Below are positions 1-10,143 of a DNA stretch of 64,000 nucleotides, piece by piece. The position numbers were made by a program, and so were the translations under genes. This DNA comes from an uncultured Nitrospiraceae bacterium (GTDB lineage: Bacteria; Nitrospirota; Nitrospiria; Nitrospirales; Nitrospiraceae). Numbering within the stretch: the stretch's first letter is position 1; each line of letters opens with the position of its first letter. The DNA lies in assembly GCA_963730935.1 (NCBI GenBank), contig CAVSTP010000002.1, positions 992,001 to 1,056,000 of the forward strand, written 5' to 3'. Under the pieces are notes generated by a model. That model saw nothing but the letters and a program-made list of their open reading frames with translations, was not told the DNA's origin and ran no database searches.

Positions 1-708
1 TATGCGGAGGAACTCTTCGATCCTTTTTCCAAGGCTGACGAAGAAAGCGACGAGTACGACCCGTGGGAGCCATTCAATATCTCTATATTCGAGTTCAACC
101 GCAAGCTGGACAAGTATGCGCTGAAGCCTGTCGCCCAGGGCTACGACTTCATCATTCCTGATTTTGTGCAGGTCGGCATCAGCAACATGTTCTACAATTT
201 GCGATTTCCGCAGCGGTTCTTGAACAACGTGTTTCAGGGAAAGGTCAAAGGCGCAGGGATTGAGGTCGGACGGTTTCTCTTGAACACCACCGTCGGGTAT
301 GCGGGGTTCCTGGATTTGGCGAAAGAGATCGATTTGGTCACGCCCGATGAGGATTTCGGACAAACGTTGGGATTCTATGGCGTGAAGCCCGGCCCATATC
401 TTGTGCTGCCGTTCCTCCAGCCCTTTACGGTTCGAGACTTTGCCGGATACGTCACCGACATTTTCCTCAATCCGATCAACTGGCTGGTTGCGCCCATCAT
501 CGAGGTCGAGGGCATACCTTCGTTGATCGCCCACAAAAACCGCACGACGACGACCCTTCTGCAGATCGGTGTACGCGTCGGCGAGATCGTGAATGAGCGG
601 TCGAGGAATCTCGAGAAATTCCAGGGGGTCGAAGAAGCGACGCTCGATCTCTACACGGCCGTACGAAACGCCTATCTACAGTCTCGGACGAGAGCGATTC
701 GAGACTAG
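1..708 (+). CDS. mlaA: MlaA/VacJ family lipoprotein (5' truncated by window edge)
   Basis: Frame open from base 1; DPWEPFN, RFLLNTTVG, EDFGQTLG, GPYLVLPFL and DLYTAVRNAYLQ motifs of MlaA. Confidence 0.9.
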   Translation, partial: YAEELFDPFSKADEESDEYDPWEPFNISIFEFNRKLDKYALKPVAQGYDFIIPDFVQVGISNMFYNLRFPQRFLNNVFQGKVKGAGIEVGRFLLNTTVGYAGFLDLAKEIDLVTPDEDFGQTLGFYGVKPGPYLVLPFLQPFTVRDFAGYVTDIFLNPINWLVAPIIEVEGIPSLIAHKNRTTTTLLQIGVRVGEIVNERSRNLEKFQGVEEATLDLYTAVRNAYLQSRTRAIRD

Positions 709-721
709 CAGGGTTTCGATC

Positions 722-1924
722 TCATCCCTGAGATCGCGTAATCACTCCCAATTCCCGACCGACCTTGGCAAACGCTGCAAGCGCTCGTTCGAGTTCTTTG
801 TGCGTATGGGCGGCCGACATCTGTACGCGGATTCGCGCTTGCCCCTCCGGGACCACCGGATAACTGAAGCCCACGACATAGACGCCTTCAGTCAGCAACC
901 GGTCGGCCATCGTGGCGGCCAGAGAAGCGTCGCCCAACATGACGGGAATAATTGGATGAGTTCCGTCGACCAGGCGAAATCCAAGACCGGTGAGCCGCGC
1001 CCGAAAGAACGTGGCATTTTCGCGCAGCCGGGAGCGCAGTTCCTCACCCTCTTGAACGAGGGTCAGTGCCTGCAGGGCCCCGGCGGCAACCGCCGGAGGC
1101 AGCGCATTGGAGAATAAATAAGGCCGCGAGCGCTGGCGAAGGAGGTCCACAACGTTTGTGCGTCCCGTCGTGAATCCTCCGGTCGCCCCGCCGAGCGTTT
1201 TGCCGAGCGTACTCGTCACGATATCGATGCGATCGGCGACTCCATAGTGGGTGGGAGTGCCACGTCCTTGTGCTCCGATGACTCCGGTGGCATGGCTGTC
1301 GTCGACCATGACGGCGGCCTCGTATCGTTCTGCGAGCTCGACGATCTGGTCGAGCTTCGCCAGATCGCCGTCCATGGAGAACACACCGTCCGTGGCGATC
1401 AGGCGCAGGCGAGAGGACCGCGCGTCGTTCAGTTTCGCTTCCAAGTCTTTCATGTCCGAATGGGCAAAGCGCAATCGTTTGGCTTTGCACAGCCGGATGC
1501 CGTCGATCACGCTGGCATGGTTGAGCGCATCGCTGATCACGGCGTCTCGATCATCGAGCAGGACTTCGAAGAGGCCTCCGTTCGCATCGAAGCAAGAACC
1601 GTAGAGGATGGTGTCCTCGGTGCGCAGAAAGGCACTGATCGCGCGTTCGAGGGCTTTGTGGGTTTCTTGCGTTCCGCAAATGAAGCGCACAGAGGCCATG
1701 CCATAGCCGTGAGTCCGAAGCCCGCGGGCGGCTGCCTCGACGATGCCCGGATGATTGGCCAGGCCCAGGTAGTTGTTGGCACAGAGGTTCAAGACTCGGC
1801 CCTGTGCCACCTGAATTTCCGCCTGCTGCGGGCTGATGAGCTGCCGCTCGGCTTTATACAGCCCCTTGGCGCGAATCTCGGTTAATTGCTGGTCTGCGAT
1901 GTGGTTCAGAAGCGAGTCAGCCAT
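722..1924 (-). CDS. kbl: Glycine C-acetyltransferase (2-amino-3-ketobutyrate CoA ligase)
   Basis: [28 protein letters not shown] (PLP Lys), [11 protein letters not shown]; adjacent to tdh. Confidence 0.95.
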   Translation of the reverse strand: MADSLLNHIADQQLTEIRAKGLYKAERQLISPQQAEIQVAQGRVLNLCANNYLGLANHPGIVEAAARGLRTHGYGMASVRFICGTQETHKALERAISAFLRTEDTILYGSCFDANGGLFEVLLDDRDAVISDALNHASVIDGIRLCKAKRLRFAHSDMKDLEAKLNDARSSRLRLIATDGVFSMDGDLAKLDQIVELAERYEAAVMVDDSHATGVIGAQGRGTPTHYGVADRIDIVTSTLGKTLGGATGGFTTGRTNVVDLLRQRSRPYLFSNALPPAVAAGALQALTLVQEGEELRSRLRENATFFRARLTGLGFRLVDGTHPIIPVMLGDASLAATMADRLLTEGVYVVGFSYPVVPEGQARIRVQMSAAHTHKELERALAAFAKVGRELGVITRSQG

Positions 1925-1977
1925 GGTTGCACCAGCCGGCTATAGGGGACGGAGGTGGGGCCGCCACCTCGTTCGCA

Positions 1978-3012
1978 TTAGGGGAAGAGGACGACTTTCC
2001 CGCATTGACCTGACCTGATCAAGTCGAAGCCCTTGGCGAAGTCGCTCATGGCAAACGTGTGCGTGACGATCGGTTTGATGTTGAGGCCGGCTTTGAACAG
2101 CCCGGCCAGCCGGTACCAGGTGCTGAACAACCGTCGGCCGGTGATTCCGTGCACACGGATGCCCTTGAAGATAATGTCGTTGGCCAGATCGCAGGTGATG
2201 GGGCCGGTTGGAATACCGAAGAGCGTCACGCGGCCGCCGTTCTTCACCGCATTGAAGGCAAGATGAAGGGCAGACGGATCGCCGGACATTTCCAAAGACG
2301 CATCGACGCCTTCGCCAGCGGTGATATCTTGAATCGCCGTAGCCAGCGATGCCGGCGTCTCCGCCTTGGCGTTTAGGACATGATCGGCCCCGACCTGTTT
2401 GGCGAGGCTCAAACGGTATTCGCTGACGTCGGAGGCGATGATCGTGGCCGCACCGGAGGTGCGCGCGACCGCGGCGGCAAAGAGCCCGGTCGGTCCGCAT
2501 CCCGTAATCAGCACCGTATGTCCGGTGACGTCGTCGACCAGGGCCGCATCGACGGCATTTCCGAGCGGCTCTTGAATCGACGCATATTCCGGCGCAATCG
2601 CCTGGGACGTGTGCCAGAGGACGTTCTCGGGCAGCACGACATATTCCGCAAAGGATCCATCACGGTCCACGCCGAGGATCCGGTAGTTGCGGCAGACATG
2701 GGCCTGGCCGGTGCGGCACTGGAAGCACGTTCCACACGTGAGATGAGACTCTGCTGCGACGTAGTCGCCGGTTCTGACGAGCTTTACCGACGAGCCGACG
2801 TCGACCACCTCTCCACACATCTCATGACCGATAATCCGCGGAGGATGGATACGGCTGTGCGCCCAGGGATCCCAATTGTAGATATGGGCGTCCGTGCCGC
2901 ATAACGACGTTGCTTTCACGCGGATCACCGCGTCGTGTGGGCCCGGCGTGGGGTCCGGACAGCTTGTCGCCGTCAACCCAGGCTGAGGCGCAGTCTTGAT
3001 GAGCGCGCGCAT
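1978..3012 (-). CDS. tdh: L-threonine 3-dehydrogenase
   Basis: CGTDAHIYNWD, GHE, structural Zn Cys cluster, GITGRRLFSTW; start reassigned to ATG 3012. Confidence 0.93.
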   Translation of the reverse strand: MRALIKTAPQPGLTATSCPDPTPGPHDAVIRVKATSLCGTDAHIYNWDPWAHSRIHPPRIIGHEMCGEVVDVGSSVKLVRTGDYVAAESHLTCGTCFQCRTGQAHVCRNYRILGVDRDGSFAEYVVLPENVLWHTSQAIAPEYASIQEPLGNAVDAALVDDVTGHTVLITGCGPTGLFAAAVARTSGAATIIASDVSEYRLSLAKQVGADHVLNAKAETPASLATAIQDITAGEGVDASLEMSGDPSALHLAFNAVKNGGRVTLFGIPTGPITCDLANDIIFKGIRVHGITGRRLFSTWYRLAGLFKAGLNIKPIVTHTFAMSDFAKGFDLIRSGQCGKVVLFP

Positions 3013-3095
3013 GGATCCATTGTATCCCACTCGCCTCCGCTTGCCTAACACCAGTGGAAAATACGGGTTGCGCAACTGTCGGCGGCCTAGGTAGG

Positions 3096-4076
3096 ATGCC
3101 GTCCATGCCGGCGCGATGGTGTCAAAGCCTGACATGTTTCGCAGCACTCACGTGCGTCACGCTCTCGCTCGCGGCTCCACCTCTGTTCTCCGCTTCCTCG
3201 GCCTCCGGTCCGGTACCCCGATGGGCACGCTTTGAACTCCATCAGCAGGATTCGGATGGTGAACTGCAAACTGGCAAACCGCTCACACTGCTAATTACGC
3301 TCGGCGGGGTAACGTCGGGACCCGTACCAATCATCGCGCTGTGCGAGTCCATCCTGTTTGAACCTCAGATCATCACGCTCGAGCCGGATGGCGAAACCTC
3401 TACGCTCAAGGCGGAAGTCACCCTCGATCCGATGCCCACGAGCCGGACCTCTGTTCATCAGAAAGCCGCGCGCATTCAGGTCACGTTCGCCAGATCGCGT
3501 CCGGAAAAACTCGAACGGATCATGAAGCGTATCGTCTACGTGACCTTAGACCGTCAGGAGCCGGTCAGCGATACCAGCGAGCCGCCTGCTGTCCGTCCAG
3601 AAGAACCCCCCTCCAGCGATCTCATTGTCGATGAGCCCCAGCCAGGCGGGGCCCCTGTCGCCACGGGTGCTCTGATCGAAGAGGATCTCATGCCGCTCGC
3701 CGACCCCAGTCACGGGAAGGCGTATTGGCAGCAGGTCAGTCTTCTGGTCAGTCGCAGCTGGGCACGGCAGGTGCGCGGCGTCCGGCGAGGGCCGAGCAGC
3801 GAAACCGTCCGCGTGCGGTTCAAGCTGTATCCGAACGGCCGCGCGCAATTGATCGAAATTGAAAAAGGATCGGGGGTTCGTGAGATTGATGAAGCAGGGA
3901 TTTATGCGGTGGTCAATGCCCAGCCATTTCCGCCGGTGCCCGAAGACGTGGCAGACGACCCGGTCGACGTTCACGTCCGCATGAGGACCGGAGTTCGGGG
4001 GAAAACGCGAGACGTGCAGTCGGTAGGCAACACGTCGAACGGGAAGGTAGAATCGCCCGCGAACGTGAAGCAGTAA
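3096..4076 (+). CDS. Exported protein with C-terminal TonB/TolA-like domain
   Basis: Signal-like N-terminus, Pro/acidic linker, C-terminal VRVRFKLYPNG...GSGVREIDEAGIYAV...QPFPPVP. Confidence 0.7.
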   Translation: MPSMPARWCQSLTCFAALTCVTLSLAAPPLFSASSASGPVPRWARFELHQQDSDGELQTGKPLTLLITLGGVTSGPVPIIALCESILFEPQIITLEPDGETSTLKAEVTLDPMPTSRTSVHQKAARIQVTFARSRPEKLERIMKRIVYVTLDRQEPVSDTSEPPAVRPEEPPSSDLIVDEPQPGGAPVATGALIEEDLMPLADPSHGKAYWQQVSLLVSRSWARQVRGVRRGPSSETVRVRFKLYPNGRAQLIEIEKGSGVREIDEAGIYAVVNAQPFPPVPEDVADDPVDVHVRMRTGVRGKTRDVQSVGNTSNGKVESPANVKQ

Positions 4077-4107
4077 CGCTGGCACCGAGAGGGAAAGAGG
4101 CTGGAGG

Positions 4108-4716
4108 ATGATCATCGCACGCATGGTCTGCGCCGCACTCGCAATCTTCTCGCTGCTGACCGTATGGCCCTCACTGGCGCAGGCCGAAGCGGCCCGCTGG
4201 AACGTGGACCCGGAGCATTCCACCATCGAATTCCGCGTTGCGCACATGCTGGTGTCGAAAACAAGCGGGCATTTCACGGAGTATCAGGGCTTCATCGTCA
4301 TGGACGCCGAGGCGGGAACCGTGAAGGCCATCGAAGCCGCGATCAAGACGGCGTCCGTCAACACCAATCATCCGAAGCGGGACGCGCATTTGCGCAACGC
4401 GGACTTTTTCGACGTGGAGAAGTATCCGACGATGACCTATCGAATGAAGCAGTACGAGAAAACCGCGGACAGCTATCAGGCGGTCGGTGAGCTGACGCTG
4501 CGCGGAGTGACCAAAGACATCACATTGACGGGGAATTTCAACGGCGTTGCCAAAGATCCGTGGGGGAATCTGAGGGCCGGATTCAACGCCGAGGGTAAAT
4601 TGAATCGCAAGGATTTCGGGATGGTCTGGAGCAAGTCACTCGATGGCGGCGGACTCGTCGTGGGCGACGAAGTCCTGATCAAGCTCGACATCGAGTGCAT
4701 CAAGGTGAAGCCCTAA
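4108..4716 (+). CDS. YceI family periplasmic lipid/isoprenoid-binding protein
   Basis: WNVDPEHSTIEFRVAH, RDAHLRNADFFDVEKYP, GELTLRGVTK, DPWG. Confidence 0.93.
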   Translation: MIIARMVCAALAIFSLLTVWPSLAQAEAARWNVDPEHSTIEFRVAHMLVSKTSGHFTEYQGFIVMDAEAGTVKAIEAAIKTASVNTNHPKRDAHLRNADFFDVEKYPTMTYRMKQYEKTADSYQAVGELTLRGVTKDITLTGNFNGVAKDPWGNLRAGFNAEGKLNRKDFGMVWSKSLDGGGLVVGDEVLIKLDIECIKVKP

Positions 4717-4791
4717 CATGCGCCTGATGCCCATTGGCCTGCTCCCAATGACGTCGTGCTCATTGCCGGCATTCGCCGCCCGCTCATCACC

Positions 4792-5793
4792 ATGAGGGCA
4801 ATGGTTCTTGGAAGCATCGGGGACGTGGCTGCCGATCCTCTGGTCCTCCAGGAAGTTCCGGTTCCCGAACCTGGACCCGGCGAGGTGCTCGTTGAAGTCA
4901 GCGTGTGCGGCATCTGTCGAACCGATCTGCATGTGATCGAGGGCGAGCTCGAGCGCCCGAAACTTCCGCTGATCCCGGGTCACCAGGCTGTCGGCAGCAT
5001 CAGCCGTGTCGGGTCTGGTGTGACGACCCGGCGGGCCGGCGAGCGAGTGGGCATCGCCTGGCTGCAAGGCACCTGTGGCCAGTGTCAACATTGCCGGAGC
5101 GGCCGGGAAAATTTGTGTCTGGCCGCCCGCTTCACCGGCTATCAGGTCGACGGCGGCTACGCCGAATATGCGGTGGCCCCGGCTCCGTTTGCCTATCCGA
5201 TTCCTGCGACATTTTCCGATGAAGAAGCCGCGCCGCTCCTTTGCGCTGGCATCATCGGGTATCGCGCGTTGCGGCTCAGCCGGGTTCAGCCTGGGCAGCG
5301 GCTTGGCATGTACGGATTCGGTGCGTCCGCCCACATCGCCATTCAAATTGCCCGCCACTGGGGATGTGAAGTGTACGTGTGTTCGTTGAAGGCGGAACAT
5401 CGGGCATTGGCTCGCGACATGGGCGCCGCCTGGGCGGGCGAAGCCTCGGAAGCCCCTCCGGTCCCTTTGCATGGATCGATTATCTTTGCGCCGGCCGGCG
5501 AACTGGTCGTGCCAGCCTTGCGAGCCCTGGAGCGCGGAGGAACCTTGGCGCTCGCGGGCATTCACATGAGCACGATTCCTCCGATCGACTACGACCGTGA
5601 CCTCTTCGGCGAACGGACGATCTCGAGTGTGACCGCTAATACGCGCCAGGATGGGATTGATCTCTTACGGGAAGCGGCAGCGATCCCCATCAGGCCCCGT
5701 ACGCAACGGTTTCCGTTGGCGCAGGCCAATCGAGCTCTGCAGCGTTTGAAGTCCGGTGGCATCAACGGGGCGGGTGTGTTGGCCATCCATTAA
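4792..5793 (+). CDS. Zinc-dependent alcohol dehydrogenase family protein
   Basis: CGICRTDLHVIEG, IPGHQ, Cys4 Zn cluster, APLLCAGIIGYRAL, YGFGASAH. Confidence 0.92.
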   Translation: MRAMVLGSIGDVAADPLVLQEVPVPEPGPGEVLVEVSVCGICRTDLHVIEGELERPKLPLIPGHQAVGSISRVGSGVTTRRAGERVGIAWLQGTCGQCQHCRSGRENLCLAARFTGYQVDGGYAEYAVAPAPFAYPIPATFSDEEAAPLLCAGIIGYRALRLSRVQPGQRLGMYGFGASAHIAIQIARHWGCEVYVCSLKAEHRALARDMGAAWAGEASEAPPVPLHGSIIFAPAGELVVPALRALERGGTLALAGIHMSTIPPIDYDRDLFGERTISSVTANTRQDGIDLLREAAAIPIRPRTQRFPLAQANRALQRLKSGGINGAGVLAIH

Positions 5794-5856
5794 ATGCCGC
5801 GTGGACTCCAGCATGCAGGGGCGCACGAACAATACCCTAGATGCTAGGATGGGGCG

Positions 5857-6441
5857 ATGCGCCGGCTGGTAAGACTCCTCTGCCTCGCGATAGTCGGACT
5901 CGGCATGGCGAATTCCGTGTTTGCACTGGAATTTACCGCCGACCAGATCACCAAGATCGATGGCAGGACTCATAAAGCGTTCATCTATTACCGGGATCAA
6001 ATGTGGCGCATTGAGCACCACTCGCTCGGTCCCGTCAATGTCACTATTGTGCGAAAGGACAAACAACTGGTCTGGCTGCTCCTGTCACGCATGAAGCATT
6101 TCAAGACGCTGCCCTATGATGCCGAGCAGGACCTCCGTGTCACGCCGGTCCTCGAAGGGGAAATTCAACGACAGGAGATTGGGACGGAAATGCGCGAAGG
6201 GCATCCCACGATCCTGTACGAAGTGACGACGAAGCAGGGTGAGCATTTAGAGCGGTACTACCAATGGGTCGCGACCGACCTGCATTTTCCGATGAAGCTG
6301 GCCAAGAAAGACGGCAGCTGGATTGTTGAGTATCAGCACGTGAAAATGCGGTCCGTGTCCGATTATCTTTTCAACCTGCCGGTGAACTTTCAGCCGCTGG
6401 AAGAGTTCGACAACCCGAGCGGACAGCCGAAAGCACCGTGA
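5857..6441 (+). CDS. Exported DUF4412-like protein
   Basis: Signal peptide, EFTADQI start, beta-rich body, C-terminal LFNLPVNF; GTGA overlap with next gene. Confidence 0.6.
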   Translation: MRRLVRLLCLAIVGLGMANSVFALEFTADQITKIDGRTHKAFIYYRDQMWRIEHHSLGPVNVTIVRKDKQLVWLLLSRMKHFKTLPYDAEQDLRVTPVLEGEIQRQEIGTEMREGHPTILYEVTTKQGEHLERYYQWVATDLHFPMKLAKKDGSWIVEYQHVKMRSVSDYLFNLPVNFQPLEEFDNPSGQPKAP

Positions 6442-7397
6442 AACAACCAGGGAGGCGCATTGTGCGAAGGGCGAGTTTCACAACAACACTGATCATCGGG
6501 GGCTTCTGCAGCGCCGGTCTGGCGGCGTGGGCGCTGGACGTCGCGGACGTCACGAGAGAGTGGACGCCAGAGGGAAAAAAGATTGCGGCTGAACGGGCCA
6601 AGCTGCCCGCTCACGACGAAATGGTCAGAATCCCCGCGGGCACGTTCCTGATGGGAAGCGACAAGAAGGTCGACCGGAATGCGTATCCCCCCGAACTCCC
6701 CCAGCGAAAAGTGTACCTCGACGCCTATGACATCGATAAGTACGAGGTGACGACGGTGCAGTTCTTGAAATTTGTTCTGGCGACCAATCGTAATCCATTG
6801 ATCGACTGGCAATATGACGGTGGAAATTTTCAGGAAACGATGGCCAGCCACCCGGTCATGCACGTCTCATGGTTCGACGCCGAGGCCTATTGTCAATGGG
6901 CCGGCAAGCGCCTGCCGACATCGGCCGAATGGGAGAAGGCCGCCAGGGGCGAGGATGGAAGGATTTACCCCTGGGGAAACGAACCGGCCGGACTGAGCCG
7001 AGCCAACTTCGGCCGTACGGGATTGTCGGGACCGGTGCGCGACCGGCCGGAACGCTTGTTGCTCTATCCGCCCATTATCTCGGTCGACAAATATGACAAC
7101 GCGGTCAGTCCCTATGGGGTTTTTCAAATGGCCGGCAATGTGGCCGAATGGACAGCAGACTGGTATGACCCGAATTACTACAAGAAAGCGCCGGACCGGA
7201 ATCCCAAGGGCCCAGAGAAGGGAACACAGCGGGCTTTCCGGGGCGGAGCATGGGTCGATAGTACGCCTTCCGTGCGTCCAGCGCAGCGAAATGGCACCGA
7301 TCCTCAGACGAAAATGAACTGGCTTGGCTTCCGGTGTGCGCGCGACGTCAAGGATCCGGCGGAGGCGTCCACGACTCCGCAAACCAATCTGCAATAG
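6438..7397 (+). CDS. FGE-sulfatase (SUMF1/PvdO-like) domain protein, exported
   Basis: MVRIPAGTFLMGS, YEVT, RLPTSAEWEKAARG, MAGNVAEW, GFRCA. Confidence 0.92.
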   Translation: MKQPGRRIVRRASFTTTLIIGGFCSAGLAAWALDVADVTREWTPEGKKIAAERAKLPAHDEMVRIPAGTFLMGSDKKVDRNAYPPELPQRKVYLDAYDIDKYEVTTVQFLKFVLATNRNPLIDWQYDGGNFQETMASHPVMHVSWFDAEAYCQWAGKRLPTSAEWEKAARGEDGRIYPWGNEPAGLSRANFGRTGLSGPVRDRPERLLLYPPIISVDKYDNAVSPYGVFQMAGNVAEWTADWYDPNYYKKAPDRNPKGPEKGTQRAFRGGAWVDSTPSVRPAQRNGTDPQTKMNWLGFRCARDVKDPAEASTTPQTNLQ

Positions 7398-7411
7398 ACC
7401 GAGTCGGTCGG

Positions 7412-8692
7412 TCAGGCTTCTGGGTGTTGGGGCGACTTGGCTTGACGGAGGGCGTGGACGTGCTCGCTAAATTCCTTGACGAGAACGCCCATCTTCGGAT
7501 GTGCGGGCTCGAAATCGACCGGAAGGTCGTGGTGTTTGAGCCCTTCCGTCGCGGTAGGGCCGATGGATGCCACGACCATCTTCCTACATGCCTCTCTAAA
7601 CGGTTCTACCGCATGGGCGCGCTCCGCCAGCTGCATGACGTGATCGATTTGGGCGGCATTCGTAATCATCATCGCGTCCATCGCCCCTTTGAGCACTTCC
7701 CCGATCGCCGCTTCAATCGGCCCGGTGTCTTCCGGAAGCGCCCAGCGATAGACGGGCACTGAAAACACCTCGGCCCCGCGCTTTTTTAAATCCTCGATCA
7801 TCTCCGGCTTGGACACCCCGTATTCCTGTATGGCGATTTTCAATCCTTGCACGGGACGGTAGTAATCCAGGGTCGCAATCACGTCTTGCCACGTGTTGGG
7901 TTCCGGCACCGTGATATTGGCCTCCAGCCCCATAGCCTTGAGCACGGCCAACGGCTTCGGACCGCGCGTGACCAGGATGGTTTTCTTGAGCGCCTCGATG
8001 ATTTCGGCGAGCGGGTAGCGTGCCTGCAGCACCTCGAACAGTGCCTTGGCTCCGACGCCTGTCATGAGGATCAAAAGATCGACCTGATGGAGAATCAGCT
8101 TCACTCCGAAGCGAAAGACCGCGCCATTGTCTTGAAGGGGAATTGGAATTTCCCTCAGGGCCGGCACGACCAGTGGCTCTCCGCCATGCCTACGGATCAA
8201 TCTCGCCATCTCCGTGGCCATGCGGCTTTCAAACGACAACACCCGTAACCCGTGGAAGTCCGTGGGCAAGGACGGCGGTGCCTGAGGCGTTTCGGCCTGC
8301 GGCGTGGCGATCGCCTCAGGTTGCTCTGAAGGCGCAGGCTTGTCCGGCTCGCCGCAAATCGACAGGAGTGCCACAATGTCGGAAGCCTCATCGAGCAGTG
8401 CCTGGATCGGCTGGTCCTGATCCGTGCCTGCTGCAGCAAGCAACTCGAGCCAAAAGACGCAATCATCGGCGTCACCGGAGGCGAGATTGCGGTTCCGGTG
8501 AAAATCATCTTCCGACCAGGCCCGCGCGAGCGCACGGCAGTTCGCGGCGAGAGTGGTGGCCGCTTTCACTAGCGGCGTTTGAATGGCCAGGGTTTCCGGC
8601 GTCTTGGGAAGCGGGCCGCAGAGCTTAAGGATGCCGATGGCGAATTGTTTCGTCTTGTTTCTGAGCTGATCTGTCTGGTCCGATCCGGTCAT
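7412..8692 (-). CDS. hemD: Four-helix-bundle domain fused to uroporphyrinogen-III synthase
   Basis: C-terminal ~280 aa with VLSFESRMA, RGPKP, VPVYRWALPED, ASIGP, HPKMG; N-terminal ~115 aa four-helix-bundle-like. Confidence 0.8.
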   Translation of the reverse strand: MTGSDQTDQLRNKTKQFAIGILKLCGPLPKTPETLAIQTPLVKAATTLAANCRALARAWSEDDFHRNRNLASGDADDCVFWLELLAAAGTDQDQPIQALLDEASDIVALLSICGEPDKPAPSEQPEAIATPQAETPQAPPSLPTDFHGLRVLSFESRMATEMARLIRRHGGEPLVVPALREIPIPLQDNGAVFRFGVKLILHQVDLLILMTGVGAKALFEVLQARYPLAEIIEALKKTILVTRGPKPLAVLKAMGLEANITVPEPNTWQDVIATLDYYRPVQGLKIAIQEYGVSKPEMIEDLKKRGAEVFSVPVYRWALPEDTGPIEAAIGEVLKGAMDAMMITNAAQIDHVMQLAERAHAVEPFREACRKMVVASIGPTATEGLKHHDLPVDFEPAHPKMGVLVKEFSEHVHALRQAKSPQHPEA

Positions 8693-8737
8693 GACATGGT
8701 TGTACCACGCGATGGTGCGGAGTCTGAGTGCAAATGA

Positions 8738-9550
8738 CTATTTCGCATCGCGGGCGCAGCGGAATCCGGTCGATTCATTTCTGATGAACGGGTCGCTGTC
8801 GACGCGCGTGAAGATGCGCACGGTCGGCGTTTCATTCTGCCAGCCTGATCCCCGGAGCACGCGCTTGGTACCTGTCTCGGGCCCATTTGGGTTCTTGTTG
8901 GGACTTTTCTCGTAGTAGTGGGCATCGTACCAGTCGTTGACCCATTCCCACACGTTGCCGGCCATATCGTAGACGCCGTACGGGCTCTTGCCGGCCTCGT
9001 AACTGCCAACCGGCATCAAGGTTTTCTCACCGATCCACTGCTGATTATAATTAAGGTGCTTGGCAGTGGGCTCCACATTGCCCCATGGAAAGCGCCAATC
9101 GTGGTTGCCCTTCGCGGCTTTTTCCCACTCAGCTTCGGTCGGTAGCCGTTTCCCTGCCCATGTGCAATAGGCGGCAGCATCGGCCCAGTCCACGTTGACG
9201 ACCGGGCGGTCGGCGAGCGACTCGGTGATCGCATCTCCTTGCCAGAGGTTCCTGGTAGGATTCTTGGGATTCTGAGGTACGCGGTGCCCGGTGGCCTTGA
9301 CGAATCCCAAGTAGCGTCCATTCGTCACCTCGTACGCATCGATCTCATAGGCGTTGAGATACACTTCATGGCGTGGATACTCGTCACGACCTCCATCGCG
9401 GTCTCCCGGCGGTACACCCATCGGGAACGGCCCGGCAGGGATCAGGACCATCGGGGTGGTATCTGTTCCCGGGGACACTGGCTCCTTGGCGAACAAGCCA
9501 TCGGGCACGAATAAGAATGTCCAGACGACGAACAAGAAAAGGAAAGGCAT
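8738..9550 (-). CDS. FGE-sulfatase domain protein, exported
   Basis: RLPTEAEWEKAAKG, DMAGNVWEW, GFRCA; hydrophobic N-terminus. Confidence 0.92.
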   Translation of the reverse strand: MPFLFLFVVWTFLFVPDGLFAKEPVSPGTDTTPMVLIPAGPFPMGVPPGDRDGGRDEYPRHEVYLNAYEIDAYEVTNGRYLGFVKATGHRVPQNPKNPTRNLWQGDAITESLADRPVVNVDWADAAAYCTWAGKRLPTEAEWEKAAKGNHDWRFPWGNVEPTAKHLNYNQQWIGEKTLMPVGSYEAGKSPYGVYDMAGNVWEWVNDWYDAHYYEKSPNKNPNGPETGTKRVLRGSGWQNETPTVRIFTRVDSDPFIRNESTGFRCARDAK

Positions 9551-9642
9551 GAAGGGCTCCTCTGTCTCCTACGCAAGGCAGCAAGGCATGGTAGCACAAC
9601 GTCAATCCGAGCGGCAGCTTCATGATGCGGGCGAAATTCAGT

Positions 9643-9672
9643 TTGACGACGCTCTAGAGGCCCACCTACTAT
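9643..9672 (+). promoter_or_regulatory. Putative sigma70 promoter for VOC-MBL genes
   Basis: TTGACG-N18-TACTAT. Confidence 0.55.
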
Positions 9673-9720
9673 ACGGCAGCAGGCAGTCAACAACATCTGG
9701 AGGCCTGCGGATGGAGTGTC

Positions 9721-10143
9721 GTGGATCGAGCCCTACATCGAGGGTTTCGCCATGTGGCCTTGCGCGTCACGAACCTCGCGCGCTCTCGCGCGTTTTATGA
9801 GGGGCTCCTCGGAATGAAGGTCGTCTGGGAGCCGGATGCCGACAATGTGTATCTCAGCTCGGGAGACGATAACCTCGCGCTCCACCAGATCTCGCAAGGC
9901 GAACTCGCCGCCTATCAGCCTCCGAAAGCGCAGCTGCTCGATCACATCGGCGTCATTCTTGAAGATCCCGGTTCTGTCGATCGAATGTACCAGGAGATCG
10001 AGCCGAAGATCGTCTCGTTAGGCGGGGCCATTGCCAAGGCTCCGAAGCAACATCGGGACGGCAGCTATTCGTTTTATTTTTCCGATCCGGATGGAAACGT
10101 CATTCAAGCGCTGTACGAACCGACGATTAGTCAACGGGCCTAG
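9721..10143 (+). CDS. VOC/glyoxalase family protein
   Basis: HVALRV..L.RSRAFY, DHIGV, FYFSDPDGNVIQ. Confidence 0.88.
   Translation: MDRALHRGFRHVALRVTNLARSRAFYEGLLGMKVVWEPDADNVYLSSGDDNLALHQISQGELAAYQPPKAQLLDHIGVILEDPGSVDRMYQEIEPKIVSLGGAIAKAPKQHRDGSYSFYFSDPDGNVIQALYEPTISQRA

Noticed and set aside
6438..9550. Possible diversity-generating retroelement (FGE/CLec-fold targets plus Avd-like helix bundle)
   Set aside because: No reverse transcriptase in the window. I saw no near-identical TR/VR pair differing at adenines; the two 3' ends differ broadly.
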